Positions 27,707-36,324 of a stretch of 64,000 nt of DNA are shown here, one piece after another. This DNA is from Candidatus Latescibacterota bacterium (GTDB lineage Bacteria; Latescibacterota; UBA2968). The notes under the pieces were generated by a model. It searched no databases. It was not told the DNA's origin and worked only from the letters and a program-made list of their open reading frames with translations. A program made the position numbers and the translations under genes. Within the stretch, counting starts at the first letter, position 1. Each line of letters begins with the position of its first letter. The stretch covers positions 5,472,001-5,536,000 of the forward strand of contig OZ241986.1 in assembly GCA_965204375.1 (NCBI GenBank), read 5' to 3'.

Positions 27707-28819
27707 ATGCCAGCAGTAAAATACCATTATGGACACTTCCCACCCAAGAATCTCGATTGGTCGCGTTTGAGTCCGCTGATTGGCCCGGCCAGCTTAGCGT
27801 TGGGGGAGTTCAAAGGGCTTCTCGACGCGATACCGAATCCTCATGTTCTGCTTGCGCCGCTCACCGAGCAGGAAGCGGTATTGACCAGTCGGATAGAGGG
27901 TACGCAGGCGACGCTCAGTGAAGTTCTGCAGTACAAGGCAGAGGGAGATCGACCTGCTTTCTCAGAGCAGCGGGATGATATTCGGGAAATAGTGAACTAT
28001 CGTCAGGCAGTTCTACACGCTATTAATCGCATGGATACACTGCCTTTATGCGGTCGTTTGCTCAAGGAGGCGCACGCCATCTTGATGCGAAGTGTGCGGG
28101 GTAGAAACAAGGATCCCGGGAATTACAAAAGGACGCTCAATCTGATCGGAGCACCAGGCAGTACTGAGGAGACAGCTACCTTCATTCCGATTACGCCGGA
28201 TAAACTGGCGGATGGCATAACTGCCTGGGAGCAATTCCTTCACAGTAAGCAACCCGACCCCCTTGTTCAACTCGGACTGGTCCACGCGGAATTTGAGGCA
28301 TTGCATCCGTTTCTGGATGGGAATGGTCGTCTGGGCCGAATGCTGGTGCCGCTCTTTCTTTTTGAGCGAAAAATTCTCAACTCTCCGGATTTTTACATCA
28401 GCGAATATCTTGAGGCCCACCGGGAAGTGTATTACGAACGTCTGTTAGCCGTGTCGCGGGATGGCGACTGGACTGGTTGGTGCGTCTTTTTTCTGCAAGC
28501 ACTTGCTGCCCAGGCACTCGAAAACACGCGCAAGGCCCGTGCGATTATGAAGTTATACGAGGCGCGCAAGGTGTGGATTGCCGAAAAGGCCCGTTCCCGA
28601 TATGGCGTTGCTGCTCTCGATTTTATCTTTGGCCAACCTGTCTTCAGGGCATCCGATTTCGGCCAAATACAAGGTATTCCGAGATCGTCGGCTTCGAATA
28701 TATTGCGCAAAATTCGGGATGATCTATTAGTTGAAGTGATTCCCGCCTCGGGCCGGAAAGCCGCTATATACGCATATTCCGAGTTGCTTGATATTGCCGA
28801 AGGAAAGGGCGATTTTTAG
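27707..28819 (+). CDS. Fic family protein (class II, SoFic-like)
   Basis: HPFLDGNGRLGR catalytic motif; N-terminal inhibitory TSRIEG; HTH-like C-terminus. Confidence 0.9.
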   Translation: MPAVKYHYGHFPPKNLDWSRLSPLIGPASLALGEFKGLLDAIPNPHVLLAPLTEQEAVLTSRIEGTQATLSEVLQYKAEGDRPAFSEQRDDIREIVNYRQAVLHAINRMDTLPLCGRLLKEAHAILMRSVRGRNKDPGNYKRTLNLIGAPGSTEETATFIPITPDKLADGITAWEQFLHSKQPDPLVQLGLVHAEFEALHPFLDGNGRLGRMLVPLFLFERKILNSPDFYISEYLEAHREVYYERLLAVSRDGDWTGWCVFFLQALAAQALENTRKARAIMKLYEARKVWIAEKARSRYGVAALDFIFGQPVFRASDFGQIQGIPRSSASNILRKIRDDLLVEVIPASGRKAAIYAYSELLDIAEGKGDF

Positions 28820-28826
28820 TGTGAAT

Positions 28827-28897
28827 ATATTGGCAACAAAAAAGTTTGTTGCCAATATTGTTGGTTTTTTTAGCAACAAACTTTTTTGTTGCTAAAA
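28827..28897. repeat. Two palindromes that are also inverted copies of each other
   Basis: ATATTGGCAACAAA-AAAG-TTTGTTGCCAATAT and TTTTAGCAACAAA-CTTT-TTTGTTGCTAAAA. Confidence 0.85.
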
Positions 28898-28932
28898 TCT
28901 TAACCTCAAATAAGTACATCAGTATGGATTGA

Positions 28933-28995
28933 CCACTTGATGGAATTGATGTTGAGCAACTTCGTATGTGCGCATTACCGCGCGATGACGAATAG
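28933..28995 (+). pseudogene. Second copy of the antitoxin-like tail found at the Res C-terminus
   Basis: Reads PLDGIDVEQLRMCALPRDDE-stop versus Res end PIDEIDVDQLRTRELPREIEL-stop. Confidence 0.65.
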
Positions 28996-29064
28996 ATTTG
29001 ATCCGCAGCCGAGACCTACAGCAGATAGAGGCTTTGTAACTCCGACAATCAACGAGGAGACGGC

Positions 29065-30495
29065 ATGAAACTGAAAGGCGAGATCAATAAAGCGAAAGAA
29101 AGAGTTGCTGAGACGTTGAAAATAGGAAAACGAAAAGAAATAGAATGGGAAGAATTGTTGCAGATCTTGAAAGATATTTGTGAGACGTCTATAATAAGCG
29201 ATAGTAAATGGGATTTAGAATTAGGTCAAGAATTTATGTCAAAACATGAATTTAAAGACCATATTGGGGTTGAGTATAAACGTCCTAGAATACGCGACAA
29301 AAAAATTTTTCCAGGGCTTAACAATATTGTGTTCAAAAATCTGAACATAAAAAAAATAAACGATTCTTTCTTAAAAGAATACTTCGAAAATTGTACTCTT
29401 GTTCATGGAGGTCGTATATATTTTGGCTTGCGATTTGAAAGGTGTCATTTTGATCTACGTTTAAACGGACTTATCCTTCCTTTGGCTGGCAATTACAGTT
29501 TTTATAGAAACAAGTTTAAATATAAAAATAAAGGTATAATAGGTCGTTGGTTATTTTGTTTTGGTGCTGGCAGTAAGATTTTTTTTGAAAAAAATGATTT
29601 TGATGACAATAGTATAGATATCGCTTGCAATTTTAAATATTTTGACAAGCATTTTGTAAAAAGAAAAATGACTTGGCAGCATATAGAAGCACGTTGTTTA
29701 GATGACAGTGCTTATTACGAAGCCATGATTCGTAAAACTCATGATCTACCAGACAGCGTTCCTTTGTTACTTACAAACACAGGCTATTCACGACATTTTG
29801 GGTTTGATGAGATTTGGTTTGTAGGTAATAGAAGAATTGATAAATTGTCGCTCCGCGCCAGTGGGGAATACACTTTTTTTAATGGAATAAATAGGATAAA
29901 AGAGTTGAATCTCGATGATGAATATACTCATTCTATAAATGAAAATGTAAAATTCTATTTTGGTCTTAGAGAAAAAATAAATCCTCGATTTAGCCATCCT
30001 CTTAGGCATCGACAATTATTTTTGACGCTGAAGAATTTTGCCGTCAAGAAACAGGATACTGATTTGCAAAGAGCTATGGATGTGCAACTCAATCAAATTG
30101 AGCACCATTTAGTAAAAGAGCAGTGGCGTTCAATTCATTTTTGGGAAATAGGTAAATGGATTAAACATTTTCAAGATCGTGTGCTTTGGTTTTGGAGAAA
30201 GTGGTCGGCTGACTATTATAGGTCGTGGTTGCGCCCTTTAGTGTGGGGGATAGTGGTATATTTTTCGTTTATTGCTTTTTCACTATTTTTTGTTGGTGAT
30301 TGGTCACTCCGTGATTTTTTAAGGTTGTCTCGACATGGATATAATTTCTTTTTTGTAGCGGACTTGTTAAGCAACGAGAACAAAATATCTTTTTCTTTTG
30401 ATAAATGCTTGCTGTATTTTTTTGATCTATGCCGTTTGGTTTTGGTGGGTATGTTGGGCTTTTCTATCAGGAGAGTTATCAGCAAAAAAGGATAA
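29065..30495 (+). CDS. Low-GC hypothetical protein with C-terminal membrane helices
   Basis: 476-aa ORF with GAGGAG RBS; F-x-N/R-x-x-F repeats; DYYRSWLRPL followed by hydrophobic segments. Confidence 0.7.
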   Translation: MKLKGEINKAKERVAETLKIGKRKEIEWEELLQILKDICETSIISDSKWDLELGQEFMSKHEFKDHIGVEYKRPRIRDKKIFPGLNNIVFKNLNIKKINDSFLKEYFENCTLVHGGRIYFGLRFERCHFDLRLNGLILPLAGNYSFYRNKFKYKNKGIIGRWLFCFGAGSKIFFEKNDFDDNSIDIACNFKYFDKHFVKRKMTWQHIEARCLDDSAYYEAMIRKTHDLPDSVPLLLTNTGYSRHFGFDEIWFVGNRRIDKLSLRASGEYTFFNGINRIKELNLDDEYTHSINENVKFYFGLREKINPRFSHPLRHRQLFLTLKNFAVKKQDTDLQRAMDVQLNQIEHHLVKEQWRSIHFWEIGKWIKHFQDRVLWFWRKWSADYYRSWLRPLVWGIVVYFSFIAFSLFFVGDWSLRDFLRLSRHGYNFFFVADLLSNENKISFSFDKCLLYFFDLCRLVLVGMLGFSIRRVISKKG

Positions 30496-30619
30496 GTCAT
30501 GAGGAATCAAAATCAAATAACGGTGTTCGATATACCTTGGTGCTTATTGATGTTCATACTCGTTTCGCTACGTAGTAGGCTGCGCCTGTACTGTGAATGC
30601 ATGGAGAAAGGATAGATAG

Positions 30620-33394
30620 ATGGCGAAACGAAGGATGCCCAAGCAGGTCGAAACGCTCACACACGACGAAGCAACTCGCCCGAATATCCCCACCGCTGAA
30701 CACCAGCCTCTCATGCGTGCAGAGGATCAGGCCCCTATCCCCTGTACCTATGCGCGACGCAACCGCGACCACGATCCCCAATTGGTGTGGCGCGGCAAGG
30801 ATGAGCAAGATTGGTCAGATTTGGTGGTGCAGGCACCGCCTCTGTACATTCAGGAGAAGGTCCATCCCAAGGTGCTGATTGACGATTTGGTGCGCCGAAG
30901 TGAGGAAGACGCTGCGGGTGAGTCAGGATTCCAGACGGACCTTTTCGCTGATTTCAATGGCTTGCCTTCGGAGGACGCCAGGACAGAGTTCTATCAGCAC
31001 GAGGCCAACTGGTCGAATCGCATGATTCTGGGCGATAGCTTGCAGGTGATGGCGTCGCTGGCTGAACGCGAAGGGTTACGGGGCAAGGTTCAGTGTATCT
31101 ACATCGATCCTCCCTACGGCATCAAGTTTAACTCTAACTTTCAGTGGTCAACCACCAGCCGCGATGTGAGAGATGGCAAGGCCGAGCATATTACCCGAGA
31201 TCCAGAGCAGGTGAAGGCGTTTCGGGATACATGGCGGGATGGGATTCATTCATACTTGACGTATCTGCGAGATAGACTGACAGTGGCCCGCGATCTGCTG
31301 ACGGAGAGCGGATCGGTCTTCGTGCAGATTGGGGATGAGAATGTGCATCGTGTGCGGGCTGTGATGGATGAGATGTTTGGGGAGGAGAATTTAGTTTCCT
31401 TCATTACAATTCAGAAGACCAGTAGCCAGACGGACAAGAACTTGTCTTCTGTGTCTGACTACCTGCTCTGGTTCGCTAAAGAAAAAGATTCGTTGAAGTT
31501 CAGAAGACCATTCCTGAAAAAAGGACCTAGCTTTTCAGCTGGAGGACAATATTCAAAACTGCAAATGCCTGACTTCAGCAGAATGCCAATGACCAAGGAA
31601 GAACGTGAAGATCGATCACAAATTCCTCCGAACGCACGAGTGTACCGACATGATACACTCACGTCGCAAAGTGGTAGCCAGACAACAGGGTTTAGGTTTT
31701 GTGATCAGGGTCGAGTATTCACTTCTGGTAGAGGATTTTGGAAGACCAATCTCTCTGGAATGACGCGGCTATCCCGGTCAATGAGGCTTGGACACGCGAG
31801 GAATAGTCTCAGCTACATTAGATTCATTGACGACTTCTCGGTTACACCAATTGGGAATCTTTGGACAGACACTTTGACTGGGTCATTTACTGAAGAAAAG
31901 GTATACGTTGTACAGACAGCCCAAAAGATTGTTCAACGCTGTATCCTCATGACCACCGATCCCGGCGACCTTGTTCTTGATCCCACATGTGGTTCTGGCA
32001 CTACCGCCTATGTCGCCGAGCAGTGGGGCCGTCGCTGGATTACCATTGATACCTCTCGTGTCGCACTTGCGCTGGCCCGTGCTCGGATTATGGGTGCTCG
32101 CTATCCCTACTACCTGTTGGCTGATAGTGTCGAGGGACAGTTGAAAGAGGCTGAGAGCGAGTGCAGGGCACCTTCGGAATCGCCAGCCTATGGCAATATC
32201 CGCCAGGGTTTCGTGTACGAGCGCGTGCCCCACATCATGCTTAAGGACATTGCCAATAACACTGAGATCGACGTGATTTGGGAAGCATTTCAGGAGAAAT
32301 TAGAGCCTTTGCGTCAGAAACTCAATGAGGTTCTTGAGAAGGAATGGGAGGAGTGGGAGATTCCGCGCGAGGCCGACGAGGATTGGTCAGAGAAGGTCAG
32401 GAAGCTACACGCCGATTGGTGGAAACAGCGCATCGCGCGACAAAAAGAGATTGACGCATCTATTGCGGCGAAGGCGGACTACGAATATCTATACGATAAT
32501 CCCTATGAGGATTCGCGGAAGGTGCGCGTTGCGGGTCCATTTACCGTCGAGAGCATTTCGCCCCATCGCGTGTTGGCAGTGGATGAGAACGACGAGTTTA
32601 TTGAAGACGTTGAGGAAGCGAAAACTGGCTACGATTTCGCCCAAGTGATTCTGGATAATCTGAAGACTGCGGGCGTCCAGCAGGCACACAAGGACGATCG
32701 GATTGCGTTTACCTACACTACTCCATGGCCAGGTGAGATGGTGTGCGCCGAGGGACGTTATGCCGAAGGTGCGACCGAGAAACGTGCGGGTATTTTCGTC
32801 GGGCCGGAGTTCGGTACTGTGTCTCGTCCTGACCTAGTGCAGGCTGCGCGGGAAGCTGCCGATGCGGGTTTTGATGTGTTGGTTGCTTGTGCCTTCAACT
32901 ACGACGCACACACGACGGATTTCGAGCGGTTGGGACGCATCCCGGTGCTCAAGGCGCGTATGAATGCCGACCTGCACATGGCCGATGATTTGAAGAACAC
33001 GGGCAAGGGAAATTTATTCGTTATTTTCGGTGAGCCGGATATCGACATACTGGATGTCGAAGATGGGCAGATACAGGTGAGAGTAAATGGGGTGGATGTG
33101 TTTCACCCAAATACGGGAGAGGTTCGTAGCGATGGCCCGGAGGGTATCGCTTGCTGGTTCATTGACACGGACTACAATGAGGAGAGTTTCTTTGTACGCC
33201 ACGCCTATTTTCTCGGTGCCAGCGATCCGTACAAATCGCTGAAGACCACGCTCAAGGCCGAGATCAACGAGGACGCCTGGGCCACTCTTAAAAGCGATAC
33301 TTCTCGACCCTTTGAGAAGCCCGCATCTGGGCGCATCGCCGTCAAGGTCATCAATCATCTGGGTGATGAGGTGATGAAGGTGTTCCGGGTGTGA
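30620..33394 (+). CDS. Type III-like DNA methyltransferase (Mod subunit, beta class)
   Basis: IYIDPPY (motif IV) before VLDPTCGSGTT (motif I); C-terminal IAVKVIN. Confidence 0.9.
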   Translation: MAKRRMPKQVETLTHDEATRPNIPTAEHQPLMRAEDQAPIPCTYARRNRDHDPQLVWRGKDEQDWSDLVVQAPPLYIQEKVHPKVLIDDLVRRSEEDAAGESGFQTDLFADFNGLPSEDARTEFYQHEANWSNRMILGDSLQVMASLAEREGLRGKVQCIYIDPPYGIKFNSNFQWSTTSRDVRDGKAEHITRDPEQVKAFRDTWRDGIHSYLTYLRDRLTVARDLLTESGSVFVQIGDENVHRVRAVMDEMFGEENLVSFITIQKTSSQTDKNLSSVSDYLLWFAKEKDSLKFRRPFLKKGPSFSAGGQYSKLQMPDFSRMPMTKEEREDRSQIPPNARVYRHDTLTSQSGSQTTGFRFCDQGRVFTSGRGFWKTNLSGMTRLSRSMRLGHARNSLSYIRFIDDFSVTPIGNLWTDTLTGSFTEEKVYVVQTAQKIVQRCILMTTDPGDLVLDPTCGSGTTAYVAEQWGRRWITIDTSRVALALARARIMGARYPYYLLADSVEGQLKEAESECRAPSESPAYGNIRQGFVYERVPHIMLKDIANNTEIDVIWEAFQEKLEPLRQKLNEVLEKEWEEWEIPREADEDWSEKVRKLHADWWKQRIARQKEIDASIAAKADYEYLYDNPYEDSRKVRVAGPFTVESISPHRVLAVDENDEFIEDVEEAKTGYDFAQVILDNLKTAGVQQAHKDDRIAFTYTTPWPGEMVCAEGRYAEGATEKRAGIFVGPEFGTVSRPDLVQAAREAADAGFDVLVACAFNYDAHTTDFERLGRIPVLKARMNADLHMADDLKNTGKGNLFVIFGEPDIDILDVEDGQIQVRVNGVDVFHPNTGEVRSDGPEGIACWFIDTDYNEESFFVRHAYFLGASDPYKSLKTTLKAEINEDAWATLKSDTSRPFEKPASGRIAVKVINHLGDEVMKVFRV

Positions 33395-33423
33395 GAGATT
33401 TTGCGGTAAAAAAGGTGCATGCG

Positions 33424-33480
33424 TTGCGAAAACAAGCGAAATAGGCTATTCTTGTTGACACAGAGAGCTGCGAGTAGGCA
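33424..33480 (+). promoter_or_regulatory. Repeated promoter element, copy 1
   Basis: TTGCGA-17-TATTCT inside AACAAG...CTTGTTGACACAGAGAG. Confidence 0.65.
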
Positions 33481-33565
33481 CGCGAGATTGCTCGTTCACG
33501 CGATATGGGTAGTCTTATTTTAATGTGCAAATTACCAGAAATGGCAAAATATAAAGGAGATTATA

Positions 33566-34414
33566 TTGAAGGAAAATATAACGACAAATAACGACAAATA
33601 TGAAAAAGCGATAAATGTCCTGGTAGAGGAAGAAGTATCACAGCCACTCTCTCCAATACAAAGAGTAGCTGCTAAGTTGTGGTTGAAAAATAATGACATC
33701 ATCGAAACAATTCAGAGTGTTCTTCGTGTATTCAGGTATGATGATAATCGTTTAAAAAAGATGACTGAGTGGGAATTAAAGAAAACTCTTTTAGAGGAAA
33801 TTGCCCAAGAATGTCATTATAAGTTTTTTACTTCACCATTAGGGCTATGGAGCAGGTCTGACCTCAAAAAGCGTATAGGTTGGATTGAAGCTGAAGAACT
33901 GAAAGGGGAAATTGCGCAATTAAACATGCGTAATCCCATTATACACCATGCAGATATGAAATCTACATTTGTGTATAATAAAAAAAGAGGTGTGATCCAC
34001 AAAAAGGAGATATTGGAAACCCTTTCTCGTATGACAAAATTGCACATATTGCTCCAGGCGATATCAAGATATACAAGACAAATAAGTAGTATTGCCAATT
34101 TCTCAATCTCATTGGAAACAACAGTTGATAAAAAAAATCTTATGTTAGTCTTTTTGCCTTTTATATGTGGATTTTTATCATGGAAACATAATGAATCTCG
34201 GGAAAGTTTAAGAGCAGGATGGGAAGCTTCTATCCTAAACCATGTTGTTGGCAAACGTATTGATGACCGTATAGAGGTGTTTGAAAAATACATAAAAGAA
34301 TACGGTGCAAAATATTCTGGTGAACCGATAGATGAGAGAACGGTTGTATTCGATGGAACCTACTCTGAACTCTGCACAAAGCTAAGCGAAGGATGTGAAG
34401 GAGCAGAACAATAG
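33566..34414 (+). CDS. Low-GC hypothetical protein with RxxxxH (HEPN-like) motif
   Basis: AAGGAG RBS then TTG; helical-looking 282 aa containing RNPIIH. Confidence 0.6.
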   Translation: MKENITTNNDKYEKAINVLVEEEVSQPLSPIQRVAAKLWLKNNDIIETIQSVLRVFRYDDNRLKKMTEWELKKTLLEEIAQECHYKFFTSPLGLWSRSDLKKRIGWIEAEELKGEIAQLNMRNPIIHHADMKSTFVYNKKRGVIHKKEILETLSRMTKLHILLQAISRYTRQISSIANFSISLETTVDKKNLMLVFLPFICGFLSWKHNESRESLRAGWEASILNHVVGKRIDDRIEVFEKYIKEYGAKYSGEPIDERTVVFDGTYSELCTKLSEGCEGAEQ

Positions 34415-34496
34415 TCTTATTGTCCACCGTACTGCGATGAAGATATAATCGTCTGTAAAGCATTAAGCACGCGAAGTTAAGGGAGCAGTTTCGGAT

Positions 34497-34706
34497 ATGG
34501 CCAAACACTATGTTGAGCACGAACACCAGATAGTATCTCACGAGGCCCTGTCGGAGGCTCGAGAAACACTGGCGGACTTTCTCCAGGGGCATGTCGGCGT
34601 TCTGCATAGTAGTGAATCTATCCCCGGTGGTGCTCGTATGTCGGAAGACAGCAGAAAAAAATTCGCTAAGGGACTACTTGAACAGCGTCAGCAGAGGAAA
34701 CGATGA
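34497..34706 (+). CDS. Small antitoxin-like protein, probably N-terminally truncated
   Basis: TLADFLQGHVGVLHSSESIPGGARMSED, homologous to 39076-39383; stop overlaps ATG of MILTDT (PIN-toxin-like start). Confidence 0.5.
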   Translation: MAKHYVEHEHQIVSHEALSEARETLADFLQGHVGVLHSSESIPGGARMSEDSRKKFAKGLLEQRQQRKR

Positions 34707-34726
34707 TCTTGACAGATACTGTCCTT

Positions 34727-34766
34727 ACTATTTGGAACTCTGTCAAAATAGGAGGAAATCCTGCCC
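34727..34766 (+). pseudogene. 3' fragment of the TumA-like gene
   Basis: 35 of 41 aligned positions match 23916-23956 (manual alignment). Confidence 0.75.
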
Positions 34767-34804
34767 TTTATAAACAAGCAGAAAAGGGCTATACTTGTTG
34801 ACAC
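34767..34804 (+). promoter_or_regulatory. Repeated promoter element, copy 2
   Basis: TTTATA-17-TATACT inside AACAAG...CTTGTTGACAC. Confidence 0.6.
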
Positions 34805-34853
34805 CTTTTCAAGTTTGCCAAATTTTTTGATCATCGAAGCTATGGAGATGGAC

Positions 34854-36200
34854 ATGAAAATAAAAGAAATAGAGATTCGATCCCTTTTCGGGTATTTTGA
34901 TCACAAGATACCCCTGAAGGAGGATGATCGTATTACTATAATCCACGGGCCGAATGGCGTCGGCAAGACAACGGTTCTCCAGCTTATCTCCGACCTCTTC
35001 AAACGGCAGTTTTTCTCATTGTTTGTTACGCCCTTTGACGACATTGTGGTGCGTTTCAATCCCAAAGGTAGCCTAACGGTTATTCGGTCTAAAGTGGGAA
35101 CGAAGAATTCCGCGAAGCTGAAATTGACCTACCGTGTTGGGAAAGAACGTACCGAGTACACGGTATCTCTAAGTGCACAGGAGAGACTCAGAAAAATCCC
35201 TTCCAGCGTCTTAGAACGAATAATTGACAATATAGAACGTGTTAGCCCATCTGAGTGGTACGATGAAATTACCGGCAGCATAATGTCTTTTGATGAGGTC
35301 ATTTTCCGTTATGGGAAATTCTTGCCTTCTGATATCCGCGAATCTATCATCTCGATTCCAGAAGAAATAGAAAGCCTATTAAAACAAATCAATATTGAGT
35401 TTGTTGAAACTCAGAGACTCTTCACAAGGCATATAGACGAAAGAGACGAAAAAGTGGTGTCTCGATATATAAGAAGAGATGTGTCTGTGGAGCTAATGAC
35501 GGTGGAGAAATACTCAGAAGATATGGCCTCCAGAATAGAGGAATGCCAAAGGGAATCCGGTGAGATGGGCGCATCTTTAGATAGCTCTTTTCCCCAACGA
35601 CTTTTGGAATTGCAACTTCCTGAGATAGCGACGGAAGAGCATATCTGGGAAGAATATAATAGCCAATCAGAATATAGAGACCGATTGATGCGTTCTGGTC
35701 TCATTGCTGCCGAAACGCCCGTTCCTCTCCCCTCGGAAGGTTTGGCAGAGCATGAGCGGAAGGTTTTATGGGCCTACCTCGAGGATGTGAAAAAGAAACT
35801 GCAAGTTTTTGATTGGCTTCTGCGTCGCGTGGAATTGTTCAGAGATATTGTGAACTCACGCTTCTTATATAAGAAGTTCAAAATAGATAGAGAGAAGGGT
35901 TTTATTTTTCAATCGGATCACGATAAGTCTATTGTGCCTCCGAGAGCACTATCTTCTGGAGAGCAGCATGAAATTGTCCTTACTTATGAACTTCTGTTCA
36001 TAGCACGGCCAGGGTCTCTCATTTTTATAGACGAACCTGAGTTGTCTCTTCATGTCATATGGAAGATGAAGTTTCTCGAGGATATTGCCAAGATATCGGA
36101 GCTGGCTGACCTTGATTTTCTTATAGCTACCCATTCTCCATCTATCATCAACGACCGGCGTGACCTCATGGTTAAACTGGCAGATAAAAATGGAAACTAA
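34854..36200 (+). CDS. ABC-type ATPase (AAA_15/AAA_21), PARIS AriA-like
   Basis: GPNGVGKT Walker A, LSSGEQ signature, IDEPELSLH Walker B, ATHS. Confidence 0.85.
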   Translation: MKIKEIEIRSLFGYFDHKIPLKEDDRITIIHGPNGVGKTTVLQLISDLFKRQFFSLFVTPFDDIVVRFNPKGSLTVIRSKVGTKNSAKLKLTYRVGKERTEYTVSLSAQERLRKIPSSVLERIIDNIERVSPSEWYDEITGSIMSFDEVIFRYGKFLPSDIRESIISIPEEIESLLKQINIEFVETQRLFTRHIDERDEKVVSRYIRRDVSVELMTVEKYSEDMASRIEECQRESGEMGASLDSSFPQRLLELQLPEIATEEHIWEEYNSQSEYRDRLMRSGLIAAETPVPLPSEGLAEHERKVLWAYLEDVKKKLQVFDWLLRRVELFRDIVNSRFLYKKFKIDREKGFIFQSDHDKSIVPPRALSSGEQHEIVLTYELLFIARPGSLIFIDEPELSLHVIWKMKFLEDIAKISELADLDFLIATHSPSIINDRRDLMVKLADKNGN

Positions 36201-36205
36201 GTATT

Positions 36206-36324
36206 ATGTATCAGACAGACAATACCATCGTTAATACAGTTCTTCTTGGACGTGACGCGTACAATGGGCCTGTGCTCCTCGTTGAAGGAGCCAATGATGT
36301 GAAATTTTTCCGCAAGTTTGTTAA
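36206..36324 (+). pseudogene. 5' part of DUF4435/TOPRIM gene (AriB-like), interrupted by IS
   Basis: MYQTDNTIVN...VLLVEGANDVKFFRKFV, TOPRIM VEGxxD motif, ends at the TTAA target. Confidence 0.85.

Noticed and set aside
30620-33394. Phase-variable mod gene
   Set aside because: No simple-sequence repeat tract seen in the gene or its leader
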